From NCBI RefSeq assembly GCF_009914755.1, contig NC_060944.1: 64,000 bases of DNA; one strand, written 5' to 3'. The translations under genes were made by a program, and so were the position numbers. How positions within the stretch are numbered: the stretch's first letter is position 1; each line of letters begins with the position of its first letter. Below, one piece after another: positions 1 through 16,572 of this stretch. The notes beneath the pieces were generated by a model. The model was given only the letters and a program-made list of their open reading frames with translations. It had not been told where the DNA came from and did no database searches. Source of the stretch: the human T2T-CHM13v2.0 reference genome, Homo sapiens.

Positions 1-29
1 AAAAAAGTTCATTTTAAAAACAAAGTTTA

Positions 30-345
<316 letters not shown>

Positions 346-458
346 TTAAAGGAGAATATTTGGTAAACAACAATATTAAAATATAGCAAATAATAGTAAC
401 AATAATCACAATGGTAAGGAAACACTTCATTAGATCAACTTAAGAGTATTTTATTCTT

Positions 459-757
459 GGCTGGGCGCGGTGGCTCACACCTGTAATCCCAGCACTTTGG
501 GAGGCCGAGGCGGGCAGATCACGAGCTCAGGAGATCAAGACCATCCTGGCTAATACGGTGAAATCCCATCTCTACTAAAAATCCAAAAATTAGCCGGGTG
601 TGGTGGCGGGTGCCTGTAGTCCCAGCTACTCAGGAGGCTGAGGCAGGAGAATGGTGTGAACACGGGAGGCAGAGCTTGCAGTGAGCCGAGATCACGCCAC
701 TGCACTCTAGCCTGGGCAGCAGAGCGAGACTCCATCTCAAAAAAAAAAAAAAAAAAA
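459..757 (+). mobile_element. Alu (AluY-like)
   Basis: Full dimer with gagatc..accatcctggctaa and cttgcagtgag diagnostics; TSD aagagtattt(t/c)attctt. Confidence 0.95.
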
Positions 758-1939
758 GAGTATTTCATTCTTGCCACTGAGCTTAAAAAGAAAGAAAGAA
801 AGAAAGAGTATTCCTAACATATGTCCAGTAATTTTGATTCTTAAGCAAGGGATGAAGAAATACAATGGCATCCAGGTAACTTCCTAACTAGCGCATAGCA
901 GGTAGCTAACCCACTCATCTCTCCCTCTTTTCTTTATAGCTTCTATTTTTTTTAAAGAGAAAAATAACGATTAAAACAAGGGCAGGTTTAAATAATCGTC
1001 TCCTGAGCTGCACTTCAGTATCTCAGGTAACAGCTGGAGCTGCCTGGTGGGAGCACATCTTTTCCTTGAGTGTAATTCACTAATGACTGTGGTTCCAAGG
1101 AGGTGCGACCTTTAAAGGGAATTGGCCCTTCTTTGAAGGCAGGTGAGAATCTAGTCTCAGTGACAACCCAGCCTGATTTGGAAGGGGGGAGTCATAAGGG
1201 TTTTCGCCCAGCACACCAGGGTTGCAGCCTGCGCAAGACCTTCCATAGCTATTTCTGCCGGCTTGCTTCCTTCCCTTCCCAGCCACGATGAGGCAGCTGA
1301 GGGTTGCCACGGAAACCGGCTCTGTCCTCCCACTGGAGGCTGCCAGCTCTGATTTCCTGCAGAGTTAAGAAGGAGGCGGCAGTGGGGGTCACCCAGGCGT
1401 GAAGATGGGTTTCCCTGGGGATATCCTGCCTCCTGCCAATCACAGCGTCTCTCTGGGAATCCTGGGGGTGCCTGGAGGCTGAGGCCCAGGGAAGCCCCCA
1501 AACCCCAGTGCTGCTCTGAGAAGAGACTAGCCTCTGGGACATTCAGAGGTCTGGGGTTCTTTTATCTCCCTCCAGCTAAAGCTAGAGGGACCTCATTATG
1601 TGTCTTACAAGATGTACCCAAGTTTAGGTGCCTCTGGCTCTGTCAGCTCCTGAAGTCGAGAAGAATTGTCCCATCACCAGTCCCCTTGAGCCCAAAGAAC
1701 AGGAGTTGCTCATCCAGCATTTGCTCCTGGGACAGTAAATCTGCCTGCAGAGTTCTACAGCTTATGAGCTATGTGGCCCCAGGCAAGTCACCTCACCTCT
1801 CAGTTTTCTCATCTATGAAGTGGGCACAACCCTCCTTCTCTTCATAGAGATGCTGTGAGGAGTAGACATACTGTCTGTAGGGTCTCTCGCAGGCATTTAA
1901 AGGGTCTCAATAAACAGGACTTTATATTAATAAAAATAG

Positions 1940-2276
<337 letters not shown>

Positions 2277-3535
2277 CCGGGGCAAAGGCAAATTTTCATC
2301 ACTGATACATTTGTTCAAAGGGTGGTGCACTCAGGCTGGGTTGGACCAATTAGCTGGTCCCCACCACCTCTTACAATGTCACTTCTAAGAGTTAGAACAG
2401 GGTCTCACACTCAGATGCCTTCAGGTCCAGGAGGCGCTGTGAATGCAGAAGCAGACCCGGTCAGAACCCTGGTGAAGCCGAGAGCACATGTCCTGCATAA
2501 GGGAGGCGGCTGCCACTCAGCTCTGGCCAAGAGTTACCCTTGGGAATGTGAGCCCAGTGTGGCCAGATATACCAAGTTTTCAAGAGAAGCTGGACATTTT
2601 GAATGAACTCTCCCAAAGATGATAACAACTAAGGCATTTTTTTAAGTGAAGTCCAAACAAAACACGTCTGCAGACTGGATCGTGATCACAGTTGGGGCTT
2701 CTGCACTAGAATGCATGAAATCGGCACCTTCTTTTTTGGCTTGATCAGTCTAAGGAGTCCTGGCTGGCTCCTTCCAGCCATCTTGTCTGGGCTGTGTCTT
2801 CCTTAGCTCCCTACCTGAGTGCTGACACTGAGAAAGCCCATCCCATCTGGTGCCTGTCACTCTAGAACAGAGAACTCCACTCCTCAGAGCCCAGTGTTTG
2901 GAGGGTGCCCCTGTTCTGCACCGGGAATGCATCAGCCTTGGGGGAAGCTCTCCTGCATTTTCTCAAGTAGTGTGAGCAATGGGGCAATCTGGCAAATGGG
3001 GCCCCAGGGAAGCAGATCTTCTAAGGGACTCCTTTGGTTTTAGCTAGTTTAAGGATTATTGGGGGACTGACTGCTGAATGACATCAATGGACACAAAGGA
3101 CATCCTGAGTGGCCTTTCTGTGGCCAGCATCCGCTTTGACTGGATAAGGCCCGGGCCATGCTAGCTCATAAGAACTAGGAAGGTGACACCTCCGGGAGTT
3201 GGGGGCAGAGCAGTGAAGACTCCTAGTTCTGCCTTATCTGAATAGCATTTGTGGATATCACGAGGTGAGAGTAACGAGGTGAATTGGGAGCAGACAAAGC
3301 CTGATTTTGGAAAGAAAACTTTGCAGTGGATAATCCATAGAGCTTTCAATGTCTTTTCTTTGTTCACCCTCTTAGCTTTTCCCTCCCCTGGACCCAGCCT
3401 TCTGGGAGAAAAGCAGGGAAGTGGTAATGCTAGCACCTGCACCCGGGCCAACTGTGCACACAGAAAGCTGGGAGGCTGGGGCAGGCTGGGGCAGGCTGGG
3501 CAGAGGCGAGCACGTGGATCCATCTGCTCCCTGTG

Positions 3536-3730
<195 letters not shown>

Positions 3731-5439
3731 TTATCGGGAACAAGGCAGGGGAGCCATGGCTGCCTCCTAAGTCTGACTCCAACTTTGAGTAAAGTGAGGA
3801 GAGGAGTGAGGAAGTAGAAGAAACGCATTTGCTGCTCACCACATTTGCCAGCCCCCTGTAAGGTTAGGCAGGCCCGTGGATGAGTTCTGGTGAATGGGCT
3901 GTGTGCAGAAGTGGCCTGTGTCACTCCTGTGTCAAAGCATTCGCGAGCCAGTGTGTGGCTCTCCAGCTGTCCCTCCTGCCTGGCAGCCATGCAGGCTTCA
4001 CATTGAGACGGTGGAGCCGAAAGAGGGAAAGAGCCTGGCCCGAGTCTGTGCACAGAGTGGGGAAGCCCTCCAATCCCACAGCTGATACCGTGTGAGTGGA
4101 ACTACACCTCTGTTGGTAAAAGCCACTGAGACTCGGCAGGTGCAGAGCTGAGCCTGTGCTGATTAATACGGCGACTCCTCTGGATCCTCCAGCCCACACA
4201 CTTTGCCGCCTTTCCCCACACTCCTGGAACCCTCACTGTCTATCTTGGCCAGGACTGCTGCTAACCCTTAGGTGTCTTTGTGAGATTAGAAACAGGCATC
4301 GCTCTCAAGACATTTTACTGCCATCTCTGAGAAAATTGTCCTAAATAGACCAACTTTGCAAGAACAAGCACTCTCTACTGCCATCTTCTGGGAAAACTGT
4401 CATAATAACTATTCGCAGCTGCCATGCCTATGATGTAATCAGTGCCCCCATAAATGTGGAGGCAGCCCTACGGGGGATGTCAACGGTTGCTGCCTCCCTG
4501 CCTCATCTTACCAATGCCCATGTTCGTAAGGGTCAGGAGAATATCTTATGACTCTTTTCCCACCACTATTCCCTACCCCAACCCAGGCGCCCGATGCAGC
4601 ACTGAGCACATGGTGGGGATTCTTTTGTCTCACTGAAGGAGTGAAGAAGAGGGCAGATGAGGAGAGAGGGGAGTTAACACTCTGGACAGATCTGGGCTGT
4701 GCCGCTTATGGGAATGTGGCCCTCGCCAAGTTCTTACCCACTCTGGGTCTCAGTTCTCCCATCTGGTCAAAGAGGGGAAAGGCATGTTGAGTCTCTTCCA
4801 GCTCTGAGGCTGTAGGAAACTAGAGGGTGAGTTTCTAAGGGATGGCGGTTTTGTGCCCACCCCTGGATTTGAACTCCTGCACCTCCACTTCCTGGGAACA
4901 CGGCAAATGATCTGACCTGCCTAGACTCGGTTTTAGATGGACCAGCAGGGTTGTCATGACAATTCAGTGAGATAAAAATAACAACAAATTAGCTAATTTA
5001 TTGGAACACTGTGCGCTAGGCACCATCTAAGCATTTAGTACCCGCTATCTCTTTTTATCTGTCCAAAAACTTGATGAGGTAGGAATGCCAGTCGGTTCTG
5101 CTCTAACACTTGTTTTGAACAGGTGAATTTGTTCCAATAGGATTGATATATTAGGGCACCATTTGAATATAATGCAAGTTTCACATTTGCTCACGTGCAA
5201 TTTCACTTGTGAGAAACATGAGGTGAAGACGAAAGACTGCACCCAGCTGAACCTGGGTGTGCAGAAATCCATAAAATATACACATGCACACAACTAAGCA
5301 TCGATCTACAGCCACAGTTATTACAGCACTTACATAGTTCTTAGCCAGGTAACATGTATAAAACTTTACTACCATTTTTTTTACTGGGTTCTTCTCTCTC
5401 TCTCTTTTTTTTTTATTATGTCACTGATGAGGTTTTTGA

Positions 5440-5787
<348 letters not shown>

Positions 5788-6642
5788 AATCCCTGCAGTT
5801 TTTGTTGCATGATTTCACACAGCAAGGTGATTTTAAGGAATGCATATGAGCTGTATTATGTTCATAATTGACTCCATTTTCTTGAGGAAACTGAGGCTAA
5901 AGGTTTATGTAACGTGCCCACTCACTTAGCACAATGCATGCACAATAATGATATTAACAATTATGGTAATAATTAACATTTTTCAAATGCCTACAATGAG
6001 CCAGACAGTGGGTTAAGAACTTAGAAAGATCCAATTCATTTATCCTGACACTCCTGGGGTATAGTTATAATCAGAACCCTCATTTTACAGTTGAGGAAAC
6101 AGGCTCAGAAGGTAACCCAGCTTATGATTGCACAGGGGCTGGACAGGAGGACAGGGCAGATGTCATAACCCCTGGTCCAATCTGTTTGTGATCCTGGTGG
6201 CCAAAGCTCCTGGGGTTCAAGGGAGATAATTTATGAGGCTCTCGGCCCCACAGGTATTAAAATAACCAAGTGGGAACAGTGAAGTTCGGCCAGTTCCTAA
6301 CATGAAGTTCTGAACATGCGGCAGCAGCTGCAGACGGGTAGCTACGGTCAGCTGAAAGGAATGTCCAGTATTTGGAATCTGGACACCAGTCTTGGAGGGA
6401 AGAACCTGCTGCCAGATCTGATTATTTCAAAAGAAATCCGAAATCTGGCTTTTTTACACGAGCTCTTCTGATTTATAAAAGCACACAGTTGTAAAACCAC
6501 AAATAAGAGATGGCTCACGGGCTGTCCATGTGAAGCCTCTGCCAAACCATTCTCCTGGCTGAGCCCTCAGTCCCAGGAGAGAAGGGCGCCTGCCAACCAG
6601 GGGATCAGGAGCCACCCTGGCCCTGCCCTGGCCCCCCACTCA

Positions 6643-6870
<228 letters not shown>

Positions 6871-7374
6871 TCATGACAGTCATGTTTATAAGAGGGAAAA
6901 ACTGGAAACCATATACAGGTCAATTGATAGGGGATTGGTTAAAAAATTATGGCAAAAGGTTTGTGTGTACTGACATGGAAAGAATTTCTACAATTGGTTG
7001 TTGAGTGAAAAAAGCAAGTTTCAGAATAGTATATATTGCATGATCCTATACACACACCAATCTTTTCATGGCATGTGAATGTGTTGTGTGTATGCCTGTA
7101 AAGCCATGAAAACAATTCGCAAGGCACACTCCAAACCTTGGTCAGAGAACTCTGTAGAACTGGAGAAGAAGGGAAATACATATTTTTTACATTTAAGTAT
7201 ATATTTCTCTGTATTTCTTTATATTCTATGATATATATTACTTTTGTAATGTAAAATAAAAGAAATTAAAATATTTTTTAAAAAGAAAATGCCAATTTCC
7301 TTTGGTTACACTGCACAGTGGTAAGGCAAGGGTTGTAGCTGAGCACAGAGCTTGGCATGGAGTAGCTGCCGACT

Positions 7375-8160
7375 GAAAGATGGGTGGAAGGATAGGTGAA
7401 TGAACCAGTGGATAGACTAAGAGATGGAAATGTGGATGGAAAGATGGATGAATGGAGGGATGGATAGATGGATGGATGGGTAGATGGGGTGGATGGATGG
7501 ATGGGTAGATGGGTGAATGAATGGGTAGATTGATGGGTGGATGGATGAATAAATGGATGAATGGACAAATGGATGGATGGATGAGTAGATGGGTGGATAG
7601 ATGGATGGATGGGTGGATAAGTAGAAGAATGGGTGGATGGACATATGAGTGAGTGGGTAGATAAATGAGTGGGTGGATGGATGGATAAATGAGTAGATGA
7701 TTGAATGGACAGACGGATGGATAGATGGATGGATTCATGGGTAGGTGGGTGGATGAAAGAGTAGCTTCATGGGTGGATGGATGGATGGATGGGTGGATGG
7801 ATAGATTAATGGATGGGTAGATGGGTGAGTATGTGGATGGATGGATGGATGCATGGATGCATGGGTGGATGGATAGATTAATGGATGGATGGGTGAATTT
7901 GTGAATGGATGAATGGACAGATGGATGCATGGGTAGATGAGTGGATGGATGGATAGATGAGTGGATGGGTGGCTGGATGGATAAATGAATGGGTAGATGG
8001 GTGGATGAAAGGGTAAATTGGTGGGTGGATGGATGAATGGATGGGCGGATGGATAGATGAATGGATAGGTAGATAAGTGAGTGTGTGGATGGATGGATGA
8101 ATACATGAATAGACAGATGCATGAGTAGATGGGCAGATGAATGAATGGATGGATAGATGA
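7375..8160 (+). repeat. Degenerate (TGGA)n simple-repeat array, ~0.8 kb, in intron 8
   Basis: ggatggatggatgg... with gggt/gaat/gagt variants. Confidence 0.95.
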
Positions 8161-8352
8161 GCATGTAGTTTAGGGTCTGACACACAGTAAACACCCAATC
8201 TGTTAGCAATTGTGAAAGTTTACTTCTTCTCAAAGTCTGGGGCAAGGCAAAAGTGTTGAGAAACTGACATTATAACAATCTGAAATAAGGAAAATGGCTG
8301 AGCTATCACAAAGCACTCAGTGTGAATGAACATCCCCTCATGTTCTAGGGTT

Positions 8353-8470
8353 CCTCAGAGACCCTTGAACATGAGGGGATCTGGGTCTGACTCCAAGAGA
8401 AGCTGTGAAAAAAGGTAGGAGCCAAAGAGATATCAGAAGGCTGGGGAGAGAGTGGGGCCATCAATATCTG
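8353..8470 (+). repeat. 118-bp direct repeat, copy A
   Basis: Ungapped match to 9056-9173 with 16 mismatches in 118 (hand count). Confidence 0.9.
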
Positions 8471-8479
8471 CTTATGCAT

Positions 8480-8620
8480 GATCCCATTTAATCTTCCTAT
8501 CAATCTCATGAGGCAGGTGCTATTATGAGGTCCATTTCACAGGTGAGGAAGCAAACACAGAGAGGTGAAGCAATCTGGGCAATGTCACATAGCAAACAAA
8601 GAGCAGAGCCAGGCTGCCAC
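8480..8620. mobile_element. MIR fragment (one of many; others near 8940, 16720, 28380, 40290, 42200, 43050, 43680, 57200, 57500)
   Basis: MIR core-like ccatttcacaggtgaggaa...gtcacatagc. Confidence 0.75.
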
Positions 8621-8623
8621 TCA

Positions 8624-8911
<288 letters not shown>

Positions 8912-9055
8912 CTATCCCTTCACCTGCTCATATGCCAACCCCAGCTCTTATTTTACAGAGGAAGATGAAGAGGCTCAGAGAGGGTGCCTGCCTCGCCCAC
9001 ACAGTCACATAGCAAGGTGAAAAAGGACACACGATGACATGTGGTCTCTGTGGTC

Positions 9056-9173
9056 CCTCAGAGACGTTTGAACATGAGGGTATCCAGGTCTGACCCCAAG
9101 AGAAGTTGTGAGGGAAGGTGGGAGCTAGGGAGATATCAGAAGGCTGGGGAGAGAGTAGGGCCATCAATCTCTG
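9056..9173 (+). repeat. 118-bp direct repeat, copy B
   Basis: See copy A. Confidence 0.9.
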
Positions 9174-9842
9174 TTCCTGTCTGCCCGGCATATATTTCTC
9201 TTCTGGAAACGGGCCCCTGATTTTCCTCTAGGGTCCACCCCTCTCTCATTCTCAGGGGTTAGACTGCTGCTTCTATGCTCAACTCCTGGGATGGGGCTGT
9301 GACTGGCCAATCAGAGCATCCCTCTGAGCCCTGTGATTGGTTCAGGATGGACACATGACCCAAAGAAAGCCAATGAGACACAGTCTTGGGACTCTTGGTG
9401 GGAACACTGTAAGAGATTCAGAGTCTCACAGAGCCAGGAGGAAGTCAGCCTTGAGCTGCCAACAGCTACTGCCAGCCTGAGACTGGAGCCAACCCAGTGG
9501 GAAACAGGGCTGAGAGGTGGAGAGGAACTGAGTAGTCCTGACGACATTGTTAAAGTGCATGGATCCACCTGTGCCTGAAGCCAATCCTCTGGGCTTTTTA
9601 GTGACATGTCTCAAAGTACCTTTTCACCTTAGTCAATTGAAGTTAGGTTTTCTGTCACTTGACCCCTAGCTGAGGCTGGAGTATGGAGATGCCAGGTGTG
9701 TGAAGATAGGAGGCTTAGGGAGACCCTAGGTCGGAGGACACACTGATGGACCCTGGAAGACAGGAGTCCATGTTGGGGAGGGCTTTGGGGGTCCATGATG
9801 ACGCAGTCTTAGGGGCTATCTTGGAGGGTCTGACGATCTCAC

Positions 9843-10011
9843 CAAGCACAGGTGTGCTGTCTAGAACCTTCTGTGGGAGAGTGGTCGTCTGCGAGACAGG
9901 CTGCTCCGCTTGCCAAAGGATACTCTCGAGCTCTCCGCGGACAGCAGCCAGGGCTTCAGGATTCTTGAGAAGGAAGAGCAGGAGCCAGAAGGCAGCGGGA
10001 CCCATATTCCC
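9843..10011 (-). CDS. PTGIS: PTGIS exon 7 ([11 protein letters not shown]...DSTPVL), includes Asn287
   Basis: Acceptor CAG|GGG, donor G|GTGAGA; 169 nt. Confidence 0.98.
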
Positions 10012-10354
10012 CTGCAAGGAGAAGGGCCCCTGTTATGCCATTATGAGGGCAGAGCTGACTCGTCTCTGCCAGGGACACAGCTCGGGCCAAGACAGAGGGG
10101 CCAGTAGGCCTGGGTTCCCACTGCTGCCAAACACCCAGGCATGACCAGTGTCTATCTCCAGCCTCAGGACATGGCCAAAACTGCCCTGTGGCCCAAAATA
10201 CCTACTTCAAGGCCACTCGTGGCATCCCTGACTGTGTGCAAAGTCACTAATCCTAGGTCACACAGGTAATCTTCATAGCTAATCAGCAAAACAGTGTCAG
10301 TAATAGGAACAGGGTATATCAGTTAAGACTGTTCACATCTGAGAATGATCACAT

Positions 10355-10730
10355 TGTTGGCCCCAATTCTTCCCCAATCGCAGAATCCACGCTCCTTACC
10401 ATGTGAATTTGCTGTTCCTCCTATTCAAGAGCCAGAGCGTATTTCCCCTGCCCTTTGAATTTATGCTCAGCCGTGGACTTGCTTTGGCCAATAGATTGAG
10501 GTGGAATTGAAGGAACAGCCACTCTACGCCTAAGCCGCGAGAGACTTTGTGTTTCCACTTGCTCGGCAAGCCCACTGATCCCAAGAGGAGGATGAGAGAC
10601 TCATGGACAGAGCTGAGCTGCCCCAATGAGCCAGACCCACAGACCCGTGAGTTAAATAAATGCTGATGGGTGTATGCCGCTGATGAGTTGTTATGGATGT
10701 TTGTTATGCAACAATAGCTAACTGGTGTGA
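10355..10730 (+). mobile_element. MLT1-type MaLR LTR relic
   Basis: gacttgctttggccaatagat...gttatgcaacaatagctaactg, typical MLT1 body and 3' end. Confidence 0.65.
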
Positions 10731-11469
10731 TATCTAAAGATTTGCTTCCAAATATAATCATTCTTGATGTAGTTTGGGAAGCAAAAAGTTCCCTATATGC
10801 TTTGTATCTTCAAATTCTATCAGTCACTTGAAGAATAAATGTGTGTGTGTTGTGTACGTATAAAACAAAGCCGCAATCATCATTGATGACTGAAAGCTAT
10901 GAATAAAAATTATTTAAACTTCCCAATAGATAAACACTTAGGAAAACGAGTGGAATTTCTTGCTTCAAGGCTTCAGTCTTAGCTGAACATTTTCATACAC
11001 ATTTTAGCCTCAGCTCTTTGGTATGTGGCTAAAATGTGTATATGGCACCCTTTAGTGATCCAGATATGGGAAGAATACCAACTAATCTCAATTTGGGGGA
11101 AGGTTTTTGTCTGCCGTGACTATTCTATTCAATCATAATAATGGAATATTAAATCATCATTAAATATCATGTTTACCCACTAATTTCATTACAGACATAA
11201 TTACACATGGGCAAAAGGACATATGCACAAAGATAATTATTGCAGTGCTCATGTAATAGAAAAATGCTGGAAACAATCTCATGTCTATCAATAAGAGATC
11301 AATGAGATCAATGAAGATCCATCCATTGGATGATGTGATGCAGGAAGTCATTAAAAAGAAGCTGGCTCTGTGTGTACCGATGTGGGACTGTAGCCAAGAC
11401 ACACAGAAGCATGCAAACGCAAGGTGCAGGGTGGTGGCTCAGCATGCTGCCATTTGTGTGTTTGTTTAA

Positions 11470-12125
<656 letters not shown>

Positions 12126-13058
12126 TGATGTACAATGTCATGAGAGATGCTCATGTTACAATATTAAACCAAATAGAAGGTTAGATTAAAACAGCTGCAT
12201 GATCTTAACCACAGAAGAAAAACCTATGGGGAAAGGCTGGAAAGAAATGCACCATAGCATTAGTGATGGTGAGATAGATTTTGCCTTCCTCTTTAGTGCC
12301 CGTGAGGCCAGGAGGAACCACACTCCTCTGCTCAATACTTCCATCACGCAGGTGCCATTATTAGGCCTTTTACTGAAAAGGAAAACGAAGTACTCCCCGG
12401 TCACTACCCACTGCCCAGCATATAGTGGAGGCTCACTGATATTTGTCAAATAAACATCTGCATCCCTTTGGATTAGAGGTGGAGCTCCAAGACAGCCTGG
12501 GAGGTGGGCTAGAAGATCCCTGGACTGAGACCAGGTAGAGGTGGGTTCAAATCCCAGCTCCCCACTTTCTGTGACTGTGGACAAGTCACGTCCCCCTTTG
12601 GGTCTCAACACTGGGGGTAACATTGCCACCTCCTGGGTGGACGCAAGGGTCCAGTGAGGCTGAATGCAAGCAATCCCACACGTGCTGCGCCCATAGTAGG
12701 TGCTCAGAAGTGGTTACTCCTCCCCCACTGGCCCCTCCCCTGGATTTGAAAACAAGTCGGGGGGGCCTCCGGCCCTTTCTGAGAGTTCCACCAGCACCTC
12801 AGGTCCAGCTGACACAGCAAGGTCACCTGCTGTCCATCACTTAAATAGCCAGGCAAATGCGGATGATAAATAATTCAACACCAGCTTAGCTCAGCGCCAA
12901 GGCCATTTTATCTGGCCCAGATGGTTAGATGGGGGCCACCGCTCATTAATTACCAAGCAGGAGTGGAACACATGGGCGCTTGGCTATCTCTGCCTGCAGG
13001 AAAAAGCTGTGGCAAGTTAGGGAGGTGACCAAGACCGCCTTTTACCCAACTGCACAGA

Positions 13059-13062
13059 TGTG

Positions 13063-13093
<31 letters not shown>
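13059..13093 (+). repeat. (TG)n microsatellite
   Basis: Directly visible. Confidence 0.95.
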
Positions 13094-13094
<1 letters not shown>

Positions 13095-13824
13095 CACACA
13101 CAACCATAAGAGATCCTGAATTTGCCACCCTGGAATTTGAGCTTTCACCCACGGAGCCTTGCCTCCGTTTACTCAGGAAGACACTTCTTGTTTGTCTTCA
13201 TTCCCTCCTACTGCAGCCAAAGGCCATGACCCAAAAGCAGTGCCACCCCTGTTCTAGCTTTCCTGTGAATGGCAGTGGCTGACCTCTGGGAGGCACTGAC
13301 TGCGGGCCAGACCACACCCTTGGTGATTCACATGCTCCTTCTTGTTGCCTCCTGACAACATGGCCCATCAGTGGAAGTGGGGGACTTCCGCTGCCCGCTC
13401 CTGCCTGCATCCGCTTCCTTGTCGTTGGTAACAGCACCCCACTTTCCTTCAAAGAACCACCTCCTCTTAAGTCTAAGTCCATGTGGGCCATCCAGGACTG
13501 ACCCATCCTTCCAGACTTCAAGTGTGGGCATGGGACCCAGGCGGAGGCACTGAGTGATCCACGCAGAGTGGGGCATATGACGTGGGCTGGGCCAGTGAGT
13601 ATCAGTCTTGGGAGCTGTGCTAGAATTTAGGGGAAGGGAAGCCCTCCTCCATGGGATTGCTAAATTGCCTAGAGCTACTGGAGGCCATTGTAGTCATCCC
13701 CCAGGGGGAGACCCTCTGAGGATGTAGCCTGGCAGAAGAAGGGAGACCTGAGGGATGGGGGTCACAGATTGTGTTTCTTTTAATTTTTATGATTTAGAAG
13801 ATTCCAACGGAATAAAAGAATATC

Positions 13825-14270
13825 CCGAGTGTGATGATGTGTTAGTGTAGGTCATAAATTGTAACAAATGTGCCACTCTGCTGAGGGACACCAGCGATGG
13901 AGAGGCGAGGCATTGGGAGAAGGGGGCTAAGGGAGATCCCTGCACCTTTCCTTCAATTTTGTTGTGAACCTAAATCTGCTGTAAAAATAGAGTCTATTTA
14001 AAACAAACAAACAAAAGCCCTAAGTGCAATGTGGGATTGTGGATTGGCTCCTGGAAGAGAAAAAGAATATTAGTAGAAAAACTGGGGCAATGTGAATAAA
14101 GTATAGACTTTAGTTACTAGCAATGTCCCAATGTGAATTTCTTAGTCTTGATGAATGTATTGTGGTTATGTAACATTAGGGAAAGCTGGGTGAAGGGTAT
14201 TTGGGAACTCCTGTACTATCTTTGCAACTCTTTTATAATCTAAAATTATTTCAAGATAAAACTACTGAAG
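13825..14270 (+). mobile_element. Old L1 (L1MC/MD-like) 3'-end fragments
   Basis: gggaactcctgtactatctttgcaactc...taaaattatttc signature. Confidence 0.7.
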
Positions 14271-14959
14271 ACAAAAAAAAAAAACAAACAAAAAAACCAA
14301 CCCTCTTTACAGATGGTGAAACTTAAGCCCAGAAAAGTGACTTGTTTGAGGTCACATAACTAGTTTAGTGGCAGAGGTGAGATTCCACCCGAGTCTGTCT
14401 GACTCTCAATACTGTGGTTTTGCTTTCTACTCCGTTGTCAGATGCCTCAAGGATTCTTCTCGATGATCACTATCTCAGCGGAGCTATGTGCAGGCCCAGC
14501 AGCTCCCGTGGCCCCCTCCCCTACCTCTCAGGACCACCCAGGAATTTCCAGGGATGTGTGGCTGTGGCTGCTGAGGATGTGATGGGGTGAAGGCCAAGCC
14601 AGATATCGGGAAGGAAGAGAAGGATCAGATGTGATGGATGGGGCTGAGGGACATCATGTCAATCAATGGTTTCAGTCCTGGCATTACCAGCATCAGTGGG
14701 CTCAGAGCTGGCAGGGAAGCCTGACCTGTGTTTGGAAACTCTCCTCCGTCTGCCCCCCACCACCCCACCCCACCTTCCCTTACAGCCTCCTCTTCCCCTT
14801 GCCTGGACCTTAGGTCTCGGCCCACAGAGTCCTCCCTGGATGCCTGAGACTCCCACTGCTCCTTCCATCACTCTCGATTCCAGGTTCAGGGGTTCTGGAT
14901 TCAGGAAGCTGTTGTGAGGATCCTATGAGATGGTGGTTGCAAAGTGCTCAACAGGATGC

Positions 14960-15950
14960 TTGGCCCAGGGTAAGTGCTCAGTATCTTTTGAGATTATTAT
15001 TCCTGACTCATCATCTCCGACCTGACAGCAGCAATCACAGCTACCATTTTTCAGCCTCTCTGCAGCATCTGACCCAGCTTCCCACTCCCGGCTCTCCTCC
15101 CACCTTCCTGGCCCCTCCTCCTCACCCTTCCCACCACTGGAGAGCCCCAGGGATGCCCCCTTCTTCACCCACCCTCGCCTGCAGTATCTCCTCCAGTCCT
15201 GAGGATTTAAACTCCTCTATGCTGACAACTCCCAAGCCTGGACCTCAAACTTGAACTCCAGACTCTCTTCTCCAGGTGTCCACTCCCCCATCTCCATCTC
15301 AAATTCAACATACCCAAAGCCCAACCCCCGATCTTCTCCCTGAAACTTCCTCCTCCCGCCATCTCCCTCTTCTGCCCATGGCTCTGCCATCCCTCCTGTC
15401 ACTCAGGCCCAAACCTGGATTCATCCTTGATGGCCTCCCCCAAGGTCCCATCCAACAGCGGATCCTGTTGGCTTTACTTTGATATATGTTCAGAATCTAA
15501 CCACCCCTGACCCTGGCCCAGCAGCACCCTCTCTTGTCTGGATCCTGCTGCTCCTCTCTGCTCTCCCTGCCTCTGCTTCCCCACCCCCTACAGTCTCTTG
15601 TCAGCGCTGCAGCCAGAATGATCCCTCTAAAGCGAAAGACAGGCCAGGTTCTTCCTCTGCTCAGAGCCCTACAGCAGGCACCTGTCTCACTCACAGTAAA
15701 AGCCAAAGCCCTCCCCATGGCCTACAGGGACCTGTGTGGTCCGGCAGCTCTGCCTCCCCACCGTGTCACCCTTAGTCCTGCCTCAGGGCCTTTGCACTTG
15801 CTGCTCCCTGCCTGGGAAACTTCATTCTATATATTTACATGGTTCACCCCTCACTTCCTTCAGTCTCTGCTCAGATGTCACCTTTCAGTGAGGCCTTCCT
15901 GGGCCTGCCTTCCTGCTGCATCTCTTCTCCATAGAACACATTCCCTCTAA
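14960..15950. mobile_element. L2 relic (others near 17470-18030, 35400-36200, 38760-39520, 56130-56600)
   Basis: cctcagggcctttgcacttgctg and ctcagatgtcacc..tcagtgaggccttcc motifs. Confidence 0.7.
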
Positions 15951-15953
15951 TAC

Positions 15954-16572
<619 letters not shown>

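Noticed and set aside
7238-8245. 335-aa His/Pro/Ser/Ile-rich ORF and overlapping ORFs
   Set aside because: Translation of the (TCCA)n repeat, which lacks stops by composition
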